Shown here: positions 54,027 to 63,253 of the stretch, piece by piece | How positions within the stretch are numbered: position 1 is the stretch's first letter | Layout of the letters: each line of letters starts with the position of its first letter | IMG/VR virus record: IMGVR_UViG_3300026549_000051 | Span: 47,103-111,102 of that record | Length of the DNA: 64,000 nucleotides | From: a virus | Taxonomy: Duplodnaviria > Caudoviricetes | Strand: one strand, 5' to 3' | Program-made: the position numbers and the translations under genes | The notes under the pieces: model-generated | Told to the model about the DNA's origin: nothing | Seen by the model: only the letters and a program-made list of their open reading frames with translations | The model's database searches: none

Positions 54027-54410
54027 TCATTCTTCTTCCTCTCCACAGAGTTCGGCGATAGTATGTACCTCGCCATCCTTAAGTGTCGGTATCCAACCGA
54101 CGAACTCGATGCTGAAGTCCTTGTCGCCCATGTCCGTTAGAATGCATAAGCTTCTGTTCGCTCTCTCACAATATTGGACTTCCTTAATCGAGTTGACCTC
54201 CGCCCAAGCCCTGACCGCCTTGCGAATCTTCTCGTCTTTGATAAGTGGCTCGGCTGGTGTGTAGTCCTCCCATTCACTAATGAATTCCTCTATGGATTCA
54301 TACCTCTCCCTCTCGAGCAAGACGTCTTCGCCTTCATATTCTTTAATTGCAGTTGGCCCAACAAAACTCCAGTCAACCACCTCGCCGGTCTTCTTGTTAC
54401 GGAGATACAT
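54027..54410 (-). CDS. Hypothetical two-module protein
   Basis: LRNKKTGE N-module plus EPLIKDEKIRKAVRAWA C-module. Confidence 0.65.
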   Translation of the reverse strand: MYLRNKKTGEVVDWSFVGPTAIKEYEGEDVLLERERYESIEEFISEWEDYTPAEPLIKDEKIRKAVRAWAEVNSIKEVQYCERANRSLCILTDMGDKDFSIEFVGWIPTLKDGEVHTIAELCGEEEE

Positions 54411-54823
54411 TATTTTGCCTCCTTCAATGTCTTACGCAATATATAGCCAGTGGACTCCACGCCGTCGGGCAGGCGTCCGTTGAGCTCAATGTATGACTTA
54501 ACTTTACGATTATTAATTGTTTTCTTAATGTCGCACAATGTATCGTCCACCTTATCAATGTCCTCGGCTTTGTATTTGCCACTTGGTGTCAGCTTGAGCT
54601 TAATATAATCATTCTCGTGCTCGGACATCTTATGCTCAATCATATATTCTTTGACCATCATCCACAAAGCATCGAGAGCTTCGTCGTTATGTTTCTTCTC
54701 GGCAAGATAGTCAGCGAACTGTTTACTCTGTAGCGCTAACTCGTCAGCGCGAATCGCCAAGCTTTTCTCTTTATCTACTGCCTCGTCAATTAACTGATCG
54801 AGGGCCTCCAAATCATCGTTCAT
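54410..54823 (-). CDS. Gp157-like protein
   Basis: Coiled coil then KKTINNRKVK...LPDGVE; lies near the Sak4/SSB genes. Confidence 0.5.
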   Translation of the reverse strand: MNDDLEALDQLIDEAVDKEKSLAIRADELALQSKQFADYLAEKKHNDEALDALWMMVKEYMIEHKMSEHENDYIKLKLTPSGKYKAEDIDKVDDTLCDIKKTINNRKVKSYIELNGRLPDGVESTGYILRKTLKEAK

Positions 54824-54834
54824 TGCTTTTCCCC

Positions 54835-55053
54835 CTATACGCTCAGCGCAATCATCATTACGAGCACGAATATTATGCCTAATACGATTTCAAATACGCC
54901 TAGCACCTTAGCCCAAGCGCTCCCCTTGAGCGCTAGCGCACCGAGTACGATGGATGCAATGCCCATGATTCCGCCCAGCGCAAAGATGCCAATAATAATA
55001 GTTACGATTCCTGCAATAGCGAAGCCGTTGCTTGTTTGTTCTTGATTGTTCAT
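54835..55053 (-). CDS. Small membrane protein (DUF4190-like)
   Basis: SNGFAIAGIV...IVLGALAL hydrophobic hairpins. Confidence 0.6.
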   Translation of the reverse strand: MNNQEQTSNGFAIAGIVTIIIGIFALGGIMGIASIVLGALALKGSAWAKVLGVFEIVLGIIFVLVMMIALSV

Positions 55054-55123
55054 TTCTTTTTCTCCTTTCGTATTATAGTGCCCCGGTCAGAGCCGGGGCG
55101 TTGGTTGTTATCTTAAAATGGGA

Positions 55124-55756
55124 TCACTCAACATATTTTAGCGAATACCCATTGACTAATCTTGGCATTCCATTTTTTCTCTTCCCCTGTCTGAGGGCCC
55201 TTCCGACATTAGCTTGAGGTGCGCCTATAGCGTCAGCTGCCGACTGCTGAGTTGGGAATACTCCTATTGTCTCGCCGTCTTTGCTCACTGCTATCCTTCT
55301 CGCCTTCTCTTTACGATATTTATTACCATTATCAGCCATTGTCAGCCATTGAATATTATCGACAGTGTATCCTCCGTCATTATCTATTCTGTCTATTGAC
55401 GGAGACAGCCATCTGTCGTATCCGCTATCTTGCCATCTTTTATACAATATCATAAATTGGCTGTGAGTCTTTTCGCAAAAAGCCTCCCATTCATCCATTG
55501 TCAAAAAGGCTCGACCGGTATAGCTTTTGTTAGGCCCCCTACCTTCGCACCTTGTTTTTATCCCATAATATTTGTGTTTCAGATACCTCTTTGGATTGTG
55601 CCTATATCTATCTATGTCGGTAGCCTTACTATCTTTCCCCCTGGCATACTCTCTGCAACACTCTTTGCATTTGTTAAGGTGCCCGTCCTTCATCTGAGGG
55701 TGGGCGTAGAAATCTGATAACTGTTTTTCTTTTAGACAAATTATACATCTTTTCAT
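55124..55756 (-). CDS. HNH homing endonuclease with NUMOD1-like C-terminus
   Basis: CIIC..CKEC, SPSIDRIDNDGGYTVDNIQW, FPTQQSAADAIG; own promoter TTGATT-17 nt-TAAAAT. Confidence 0.8.
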   Translation of the reverse strand: MKRCIICLKEKQLSDFYAHPQMKDGHLNKCKECCREYARGKDSKATDIDRYRHNPKRYLKHKYYGIKTRCEGRGPNKSYTGRAFLTMDEWEAFCEKTHSQFMILYKRWQDSGYDRWLSPSIDRIDNDGGYTVDNIQWLTMADNGNKYRKEKARRIAVSKDGETIGVFPTQQSAADAIGAPQANVGRALRQGKRKNGMPRLVNGYSLKYVE

Positions 55757-55798
55757 ACGCCCATTTTACAATGGCTTTTGATATAAATCAATACCTTT

Positions 55799-56335
55799 TT
55801 AGAAGGGTATCTCTGAGAGGTCGATTTCGCCGTCGTCGATGTCTTCCGGGACTTCCTCGTCAGCCTTCGCGGCAGGCTTAGCGTCATCGTGTGGCATAGC
55901 TACCGTGTCATCGGTAAACTCAGCTCGGGTATATTTACCGTCAGGGAATACCTCAATCTCTACTTCCGGCTTCTTCTTATTCAAGAGAGCCTTGTATGCG
56001 GTCTCATAGCCCTTAATGATTTTCTCTTTGTCACCGAGAGCCTCAATCTTGTCGATGGCTTTCTCAGCCGTGTCTTCACTAGAGCCGAACATAATCATCA
56101 AGCAACGGTTGTGCCACTGACGCCAGCTGTCGTTCTTAAATGACAGCCAGTGGGTTGCCTTTGGATACTGGTAGTTGTCGTCTTCCTCGAAGATGAACTC
56201 TTGGACTACTGATCCATTTGTGCCAACCTCATGGATGTCAACATCCACACACTTAACTTTATATACATCAGGCTTCGCATAGTTCTTATACTGACTGCCT
56301 GCATTCTTTTCTACTTCTTCCCAGTTAATACTCAT
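55799..56335 (-). CDS. Single-stranded DNA-binding protein (DUF669-like)
   Basis: Acidic tail ending EIDLSEIPF; directly downstream of the Sak4-like ATPase. Confidence 0.75.
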   Translation of the reverse strand: MSINWEEVEKNAGSQYKNYAKPDVYKVKCVDVDIHEVGTNGSVVQEFIFEEDDNYQYPKATHWLSFKNDSWRQWHNRCLMIMFGSSEDTAEKAIDKIEALGDKEKIIKGYETAYKALLNKKKPEVEIEVFPDGKYTRAEFTDDTVAMPHDDAKPAAKADEEVPEDIDDGEIDLSEIPF

Positions 56336-56336
56336 T

Positions 56337-57050
56337 TTATTTCTCCTTGCCTTGTGGCATTAATAGTTTGTTAATATCAGTCTCACTTAACTTGACCTCG
56401 CCTGTTAAGCCGAGCCTGTTCTTTGCGAGTGCTACATCATCACTCTCAAGCACGAGGATACGCTCACCAGCAATATCCTTCTTGAGATAGAAGACGTTAT
56501 CGCACCATTCTACAAAGACATTCATAGTATTCACGTCGATTTTAGGCGTGATTTGCTCTACGTCATTACCCTCAGAACTCATCAGAGTTTTGCGGTCTGC
56601 GTGAGCGATTAAGCAGATGCCGTAGCCCTGCTTATTGAGCAGTACCAACATTGGCAACAGCTTGGTGCGGATATGGTTTTCAAGCACCTGCTTGCCGTTG
56701 CCATAACCACCATTAGAGCGGTTAAGTGTTTCATCTAGCTTAGTCTTGTCAATTCCGGCTGCTTTCTCTACAACCTTGCGGACTAGCCAGTCAGCTGAAT
56801 CGACAACAATCGTGTCATATTCTCGCTTACCATCTTTAGCCGTGTTGTACAGTTCCGCTAAGACGGTATAAAAATCATCTACCTTCGTGAGAGTAGGAGT
56901 GCGATCGACGTCCATATAGTTCAAACCGCCTTCCATATCTATGAAGATAGGGTTCTTTAGTTTGCTCGCAAGCGTACTCTTACCTACGCCAGATAGCCCA
57001 TAAATCATGAGCTTTGGGGCAGTAGGGGTAGCCTGCTTGATAACTTTCAT
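56337..57050 (-). CDS. Sak4-like / AAA_24 ATPase, copy B
   Basis: YGLSGVGKST, IVVDS, LIAH, AKNR. Confidence 0.88.
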   Translation of the reverse strand: MKVIKQATPTAPKLMIYGLSGVGKSTLASKLKNPIFIDMEGGLNYMDVDRTPTLTKVDDFYTVLAELYNTAKDGKREYDTIVVDSADWLVRKVVEKAAGIDKTKLDETLNRSNGGYGNGKQVLENHIRTKLLPMLVLLNKQGYGICLIAHADRKTLMSSEGNDVEQITPKIDVNTMNVFVEWCDNVFYLKKDIAGERILVLESDDVALAKNRLGLTGEVKLSETDINKLLMPQGKEK

Positions 57051-57102
57051 TATCATTTCTCCCTTCAAATTGTGTTAAATTTTATAGTTTCCCCCTACCT
57101 CA

Positions 57103-57131
57103 ATAGTAGGGTATTGTTAATTTTTTGTCAA
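57103..57131 (-). promoter_or_regulatory. Sigma70-type promoter
   Basis: TTGACA-17 nt-TACTAT. Confidence 0.75.
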
Positions 57132-57343
57132 TCTTCCTCCTTTCGATCTTTATTGCGCTGATAGCTGCGGGCATATTCACGCAGCTTTTCCCTGTTATTT
57201 TCCCTATACTTGTCGAAGTATTTGTGGGTCGCCTTATACATTTGTCTAGCTCCTTCACAAAGTCCGTCATAATATGGTTTTTCTTCCGGGGCAGCTTCCG
57301 TAGCCAGTGTTTCGAACATATCTAATAGTTGCTTTGGTCTCAT
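57128..57343 (-). CDS. Hypothetical protein
   Basis: AAGGAAAGGA RBS after the helicase. Confidence 0.55.
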   Translation of the reverse strand: MRPKQLLDMFETLATEAAPEEKPYYDGLCEGARQMYKATHKYFDKYRENNREKLREYARSYQRNKDRKEED

Positions 57344-57344
57344 G

Positions 57345-58589
57345 TTATTTCCTTTCCTTTAACTCTGCAGTCCAGACTTCTTCAGAGAACTCCGACTTGT
57401 TTTTCAGACATTTTAATATTGCTTGTTCTATAGTTCCGTCCGTCAGTAGGTAATAATACCTCATCGGATGTTTTTGCCCAATACGCTTGATACGACCACG
57501 AGCCTGTACGGCGGTGCTATAAGAGTAGCAGAGTTCAATTGCCACCCAGTAATGCAAGAACTGAAGGTTCAATGCCTCAGAACCAGACTGCCACTGGCAC
57601 AACACCACATCATATTTACCAATCGTATCGGCAGTTGGGATGTCGTGATGTTTGCCGTCAATCCTCCAGATCTTCGCCCCTTTAGGTAGCACCTTAGACA
57701 CTGTTGCCTCAAGCTCATCGCCTGTCTTAATGAAGTTATAGAACATCACAACGCCATCGCCCAAGTTCTCTACAAAGTCTGACACCCATTGTTTCTTATC
57801 TTTCGTAAAACATTGTCGCCTTAACTCTGCACATAATGCGCCTGGCGTATCAAGCATCTCCCCCTCAGGGCTTATATTGGTCTTCAACGTTTTCAGATAT
57901 GTACTTGGCTTCTTAAACTCCAGCACCCTATGTGCTTCTTTTGGCAACTCAGCCATCATTGCACTCGTATCTGGAGCAGTAGAGATGTCTGTCCAAAACC
58001 GTTTCAGCTCTTTTTCGCATTTATATTCGGTGATTTCCGGGAACCCCTTGAATGTTTGGATTACGCAATATTTGTTTAAGAATTGCGTTTTGTTGCGTAC
58101 CAGACCGCACGCTTGGAAATACGGATAAAATTTTAGCCACACATCGCCTGGCGTAGCAGTAAAGCCTGCCCAGTCTTTATTTTGGGCGGTAATTTTTAAG
58201 AATGCTTTGCCCATTCCAGAGCTCACGCCTGCGCCAGCTTTTGCAATCTCATCAAACACGAACACGCATTCCCGTATGTCGCCTGGATTTTTTTCTGCCC
58301 AAGCCTTGAGCTTGTGCCACGAGATGACAGAGAATGATGATAGTGTTTTTTTCCACGCCTCTCCATTCCACTTGTCGGCATCAAGTTCAAAATCATTAGG
58401 CTTCATGTTTGCCTTACTCGCAGTCGTCACGACTAGCACCTTTCTTTTTCCTGTGCGTCGGCACAATTCCTTAGCCCATACGACAGCCATTGCTCCTTTG
58501 CCAGAGCCAGTCCCTGCGATTACTATATGCTTGCCATCGAGCAGGGCAGTAATAGCTTCTTTTTGGTAGTTATATAGTTTATCCGCCAT
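57345..58589 (-). CDS. Superfamily 2 (SNF2/DEAD-like) helicase, copy B
   Basis: LYNYQ, GTGSGKG, FDE, TATP, SEALNLQ, QARGRIKRIGQ. Confidence 0.9.
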   Translation of the reverse strand: MADKLYNYQKEAITALLDGKHIVIAGTGSGKGAMAVVWAKELCRRTGKRKVLVVTTASKANMKPNDFELDADKWNGEAWKKTLSSFSVISWHKLKAWAEKNPGDIRECVFVFDEIAKAGAGVSSGMGKAFLKITAQNKDWAGFTATPGDVWLKFYPYFQACGLVRNKTQFLNKYCVIQTFKGFPEITEYKCEKELKRFWTDISTAPDTSAMMAELPKEAHRVLEFKKPSTYLKTLKTNISPEGEMLDTPGALCAELRRQCFTKDKKQWVSDFVENLGDGVVMFYNFIKTGDELEATVSKVLPKGAKIWRIDGKHHDIPTADTIGKYDVVLCQWQSGSEALNLQFLHYWVAIELCYSYSTAVQARGRIKRIGQKHPMRYYYLLTDGTIEQAILKCLKNKSEFSEEVWTAELKERK

Positions 58590-58843
58590 CTTCCCCTCGC
58601 TCGTATATGGTTGGCTCGCCGTATAAGTTATCCACGCTATCCTTCATAGCCTTTTCATCTTCTTCACTCATTGCGACACCCTTCGCAAGATTAAATCTCC
58701 GCTGTTGTCATGTGTAATATAAAATTCGTCGCCTTCTTTATGGACGGCATCGGCGATAACTTTTACCTGCACCAATGTCATATCTTTAGGCGGCTTCATA
58801 TCCCATATCTGCTTAACTTTAATTTTCATTTCAATTCTCCTTT

Positions 58844-59113
58844 CTATTCGCTAGATACAATTCCTGCTATATACCGCTCAACTACTCCATAGATTACCTT
58901 CTTGTCATAGTCTGGTAAGTTGCTACCTATAATCAGTGCTATTTTCTCCGTCTGCACCATCGTAATGAGTTCGATTATGTCAATTGATGTTGCGCCTTCT
59001 GTCTCACGTAGCAAAGCATCATGCAATTCTTTATATGTCCTGTCTGTATATTTAGCAAATTCTTTAAGATTTTTGTCTGGAAGCAGCTCTTCCGGTATTT
59101 CTATTTTTCCCAT
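58844..59113 (-). CDS. Hypothetical protein
   Basis: AGGAG RBS. Confidence 0.55.
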   Translation of the reverse strand: MGKIEIPEELLPDKNLKEFAKYTDRTYKELHDALLRETEGATSIDIIELITMVQTEKIALIIGSNLPDYDKKVIYGVVERYIAGIVSSE

Positions 59114-59114
59114 T

Positions 59115-59339
59115 TTAATTCTCCTGATATTTATTTACGTTATAAAGACTATTGAAACTGTACACTTCATCTCCGTTGCCATCTTTCAACGCTTCGGGAT
59201 CATTGCCGAAATGTACATCACAATGCCAAATACCTTCGCCATCTGTATTGTCTCCGCTGTCAAACACTTGGCAGTAATCATACTCCTTACGAAACTTCAG
59301 CATTGCTCGCAAGTCTTTTGTGTCCATTACAATCTTCAT
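59115..59339 (-). CDS. Hypothetical protein
   Basis: Homologue of the N-terminal half of 3726-4154. Confidence 0.65.
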   Translation of the reverse strand: MKIVMDTKDLRAMLKFRKEYDYCQVFDSGDNTDGEGIWHCDVHFGNDPEALKDGNGDEVYSFNSLYNVNKYQEN

Positions 59340-59478
59340 GAGTTCTCCTTTATATAATCATATATCTTTTCTACTTTCTTCGCCGCTTCCTTATCGTCGT
59401 CGTCCCCATCACGCAAGTAATCTATATACATGATGAGAGCCTGTTCGATATGGAATAGTTGGTCGGCATCTATCTTCA

Positions 59479-59817
59479 TCATTTGTATTGCTCCTTTTCA
59501 TAATTCGATTGTCCGATTAGTTCGTCCAGATAAGCCTTAAGCCCCTCACAAAAGCCTATTGTTTCATCTGGCGTAGCCTTGAATGTCTCGTCCTCGATTA
59601 ACTTTTTATACTTATCCACCACCGTGCCAATTTTCTTTCTCTCGATATACGCACGAGCTTCCTCTAGTGTATCGAAGTCCATCTCGAGCCATGTGGTTGG
59701 TGGTTGGTCTTCCCACGTCTCTATTGAATATACCTTGTAGTATGGTGGCAGGAAGTCCTCGCCACTATCTATGTCGGTTGTTTTGCACACCCCAATTCTG
59801 TATTCCTTAGTTGTCAT
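59479..59817 (-). CDS. Hypothetical protein
   Basis: FDTLEEARAYI motif; GAGG RBS. Confidence 0.55.
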   Translation of the reverse strand: MTTKEYRIGVCKTTDIDSGEDFLPPYYKVYSIETWEDQPPTTWLEMDFDTLEEARAYIERKKIGTVVDKYKKLIEDETFKATPDETIGFCEGLKAYLDELIGQSNYEKEQYK

Positions 59818-60055
59818 TTTTAATAACCTCCTCTCCGATTAAGAAAAAGAACTCGTCGGTATCTATATACCCCCTGTTTCCCAAGTCATCTTCCCAGTTG
59901 AAATAATAGTGAATATCGTCGTCGTTAAGCCCGAATGGTTTTAGTCGAGCGTCTAACTCATCCGTGTCTAATCCGCCATCCGCCATGGCTATATATGTTT
60001 CATAACTTCTGTTCTTATCGCATTTGTCATATGCTGTTGCTCTATATACTTCCAT
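59807..60055 (-). CDS. Hypothetical acidic protein
   Basis: TAATG-coupled. Confidence 0.55.
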   Translation of the reverse strand: MEVYRATAYDKCDKNRSYETYIAMADGGLDTDELDARLKPFGLNDDDIHYYFNWEDDLGNRGYIDTDEFFFLIGEEVIKNDN

Positions 60056-60579
60056 TATCTATCCTCCTCTGGGTCGCAGCCCCATACTTCGCAAGCGAAA
60101 TCATAATCGCCTACTTCGTCTAATACTTTCTCGCCATCTTTATATTCGTACTCGCCACAGTTATTTCCCAAGTCTTCGTCAGCATAGCACACGCTAACAG
60201 TCGTGTGATACTTCTCACTCAAAGCCTTGATGAGTGACTCTGGTGTTGCCCATGCTGTATCAAACTCTACTACTTGTGGCGACACCTTACGCACACTACT
60301 TGTATTCCATTTAGTCCCCCAGTTCTTGACCGACCAGTCATACCAGTTGTCTGCCCCATACTTTGCAACTAATTCCTTATCTTGTTTTTCTTTGGCTTCC
60401 CAACTTGGATAACTCCTAGTCTTATCCTTTAACTCTTCTGGCATTGGTATAATTTCGTTGAAGTCAAAGAACTCTACGTCCTCTTCCCAACCATTACCCT
60501 GTCGGTGTTCAGTCTTAACGCAATCTTTTATTGCTTGCCTATCCATGATAAGCACATGATTTTTTACCCAGTTCGGCAT
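60055..60579 (-). CDS. DUF1281 / YubB ferredoxin-like family protein
   Basis: MPNWVKN, FDFNEIIPMP, WYDW...NWGTKWN, FDTAW. Confidence 0.75.
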   Translation of the reverse strand: MPNWVKNHVLIMDRQAIKDCVKTEHRQGNGWEEDVEFFDFNEIIPMPEELKDKTRSYPSWEAKEKQDKELVAKYGADNWYDWSVKNWGTKWNTSSVRKVSPQVVEFDTAWATPESLIKALSEKYHTTVSVCYADEDLGNNCGEYEYKDGEKVLDEVGDYDFACEVWGCDPEEDR

Positions 60580-60580
60580 A

Positions 60581-60826
60581 TTATTCTCTCTCCATTTCTT
60601 GATAAAGTTTATTTCTTAGTTCGCATAGCTCATGAGGCATATGCCCATAGTTCATGTGCATCATCCAAAGTAGCATAGCAGTTCTAATATTATCCTCACG
60701 CCCATCAATGATGGCTTCCACCACAAGCCGTTCGCTATGCCAGTTCTCATTTGTTAGCATATTTAACCATTGCTTAATGGTCGTGTCATATATGCTTTTG
60801 TTCTCATCATCAGCCCAATATCTCAT
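60581..60826 (-). CDS. Hypothetical protein
   Basis: Homologue of 4724-4963. Confidence 0.7.
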   Translation of the reverse strand: MRYWADDENKSIYDTTIKQWLNMLTNENWHSERLVVEAIIDGREDNIRTAMLLWMMHMNYGHMPHELCELRNKLYQEMERE

Positions 60827-60838
60827 TTCTTATTCTCC

Positions 60839-61036
60839 TTATGGTTCATACGGCTCTGCCGTAATGTTCATTGCTTTAATTGGTACAATTTGCCAACTAT
60901 CTTCGTCTGTCGTATTGTATTCCTCTTGGTCATTCAGCCAATTCCAACGCTTTAACGCTCGGTCATAGCTTTTATAAATGCCCCCTACTTGCAACCCACT
61001 ACCATAGTTGGTTACATTTAATACTGCGTATAACAT
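60839..61036 (-). CDS. Hypothetical protein
   Basis: AAGGAG RBS. Confidence 0.55.
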   Translation of the reverse strand: MLYAVLNVTNYGSGLQVGGIYKSYDRALKRWNWLNDQEEYNTTDEDSWQIVPIKAMNITAEPYEP

Positions 61037-61045
61037 ATTTTCTCC

Positions 61046-61351
61046 TTATAGTTTGACCACAATGCTATCTTTACTGAGGTCGTAGTACGCTCGTACCTCG
61101 TCTGCGTACTCATCATCTGTCATGTCTGCGATTAGTTTAGTTGTCATCATCTGCCCACTATCCACTAGCGCAAGCTCATCTCCGTCTATCGAATAGAGAG
61201 ACACCATAGCATAGTCTTTATATCCTTGTGCCTCGTCATCTTCCCATAGGTTATCGCCTGCCCCCTCGGCGGCGACCGCCATTGTCTTCTGTTCCTTATC
61301 TATAATGACTACGTCTTTTACGTCCGTCATATATCTCATACGTTGTTCCAT
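61046..61351 (-). CDS. Hypothetical protein (start MEQRM)
   Basis: Homologue of 5882-6157. Confidence 0.7.
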   Translation of the reverse strand: MEQRMRYMTDVKDVVIIDKEQKTMAVAAEGAGDNLWEDDEAQGYKDYAMVSLYSIDGDELALVDSGQMMTTKLIADMTDDEYADEVRAYYDLSKDSIVVKL

Positions 61352-61352
61352 A

Positions 61353-61670
61353 TTATTCGCCCTTCCTCTTTTCAATAAAGTACATAATACTATCTTCGTC
61401 CATCGCACAGTATGCCTCTGAGTATCGGTAGTCGTCAGCAATGTCTGCCAACTCCTGCTCGGTTAGTTCGATGTCGCTATTCCCTGCTACATACTTGATG
61501 TCCTCCTTGATATTCTCTCGTTCTACCCTTTCTTGTATCTTCCAATACTCGTCGGCTAAGTCATGAGCCAATGCCTTGATACTCCATGATGGGTCATCAG
61601 CCTCACTCTGTCCGAAGTTCTTCTTAACCCACCTGTATAAAAACTTGTTAAACTCTTTCTCGATATTCAT
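61353..61670 (-). CDS. Hypothetical protein
   Basis: Homologue of 6157-6621. Confidence 0.7.
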   Translation of the reverse strand: MNIEKEFNKFLYRWVKKNFGQSEADDPSWSIKALAHDLADEYWKIQERVERENIKEDIKYVAGNSDIELTEQELADIADDYRYSEAYCAMDEDSIMYFIEKRKGE

Positions 61671-61683
61671 ACCATCTCCTTTC

Positions 61684-61914
61684 TTATAGATATGCTATTC
61701 CTTTATCGTAAAGTCCAATGGCTAAGTCCAAGCACTCGCCATCACTCATATATGCTTCGTCCATGTAATCGTCCGTGGTGTCCTGCATATAACTTTCAAG
61801 TGTTGCATATTCTTTTACCACCTGCATGCCCTCCGTTTGTTTCTTAAAATACCAGTCCGACACCACAGCGTCATATCCGTTGTCGGTCTTCACTAATCTA
61901 ATCTTTGCGTTCAT
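61684..61914 (-). CDS. Hypothetical protein
   Basis: 76 aa in the operon. Confidence 0.55.
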   Translation of the reverse strand: MNAKIRLVKTDNGYDAVVSDWYFKKQTEGMQVVKEYATLESYMQDTTDDYMDEAYMSDGECLDLAIGLYDKGIAYL

Positions 61915-61917
61915 CTC

Positions 61918-62130
61918 TTATTCTCCTAGCTCGTTCTTTAATACTCTGTATAGATAGCCTAGCTTTACCCCATAATATTTGTCATCGAAATCAGCAAGCC
62001 TATTAGCCATGCTAATCGCCTCTGATAAGTAATCTTCTCGCTTATCTTCGTCTTCCGTTTCTTTATAGTAGTTGTCAATGCACTCCACAATATAGCGTTT
62101 ATAATCTTCTAGTTTCGTCTCTACATTCAT
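61918..62130 (-). CDS. Hypothetical protein
   Basis: AAGGAG RBS. Confidence 0.55.
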   Translation of the reverse strand: MNVETKLEDYKRYIVECIDNYYKETEDEDKREDYLSEAISMANRLADFDDKYYGVKLGYLYRVLKNELGE

Positions 62131-62319
62131 AACTTTCTCCTTTAGTCCATCTCCACCACTTTAATGTGATATGCTAATAGATTTTTAGTTAGCAATTCAA
62201 TTTCATCTCCGTCTGTTCTTAGTACTGCACTAAACAAATCGCCTTCATCAGTTCCTTCAACTGGCTTCAAGCAATAATATTCTGCTCCACCGTCTGTTTT
62301 GTGATAATACAATTTCATG

Positions 62320-62598
62320 TTATTCTCCTTTCTCTACCATTTCCTTAATCATTATTCCGCTCGCACTCGGTGCGCACTCGCTGAACTTAACCCACTCCCA
62401 ATCTTTATCGACTATAATCTGCGCCATAACTACCACGTCTTCAAAGAACGCCCCTGCGCTTTCGCTATCAATACCATATGCGCCTTTCTGTATCGCCTGC
62501 TCGAACTCCTGCTCGACTAGATATTTTAGGTATCGCAAACTTGCGCCCTGCGACAGCACAAACCCCTCTGTTAAATCGCAATTATCAAACTCTTTCAT
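62320..62598 (-). CDS. Hypothetical protein
   Basis: GAGG RBS, 92 aa. Confidence 0.55.
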   Translation of the reverse strand: MKEFDNCDLTEGFVLSQGASLRYLKYLVEQEFEQAIQKGAYGIDSESAGAFFEDVVVMAQIIVDKDWEWVKFSECAPSASGIMIKEMVEKGE

Positions 62599-63034
62599 AG
62601 TTCCTCACTTCCCTCGGCGATTGTCGCCCTTAAATTTTCTTTAATCTTATATACCTCTGATGTTTCAGGTATGCTCGCAAGCATATCTAAGATGTCATAA
62701 CACGCTTCGGCATAGCCGTCTTGCCACCCTGAGTTATAACACTCCATATCTGTTTTACTGCTCATGCTCCAACTCCTTGCTTACATTACTAACAATATCT
62801 TGTTCAACATTTGTTAATGGCTTGTCGGCTTTTACCACCATTTTGCCATCACTACCTATCTCAATAATCATGCTTTCTTCTCCTTAAAAAACTCTTTGAA
62901 CTCTTCTAAGTGTTCTTCGATAAAGTCCATAGCATTGCTAAAAGTTGTGATGTCGTCTTCGCTATAATCTACTCTATCCCAAAACTTTTTCTCCAATGCC
63001 ACAAGGTCATTAAAAATCTGTGTGCCTACATCTT

Positions 63035-63253
63035 TCATGCTTCTTCTCCTATCAATTCAAAATCTTCATTCATCAGTTCCACCCCTAGCGACATAGCGAC
63101 ATCATGCCATGCCCACTCTTTGCCACTATTAAAATAATATTCATCTCTAAACTTACGCTTATCTCCTTTCTGCTTTTTAATCGTGTCGTTCAGGGCTTCT
63201 AACTCTGCCTTATATTTTCTGCGTATAATCTTAGCCAATTCACTCTGCTTCAT
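63035..63253 (-). CDS. Hypothetical protein (MKQSEL)
   Basis: Near-identical to 6880-7098. Confidence 0.75.
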   Translation of the reverse strand: MKQSELAKIIRRKYKAELEALNDTIKKQKGDKRKFRDEYYFNSGKEWAWHDVAMSLGVELMNEDFELIGEEA

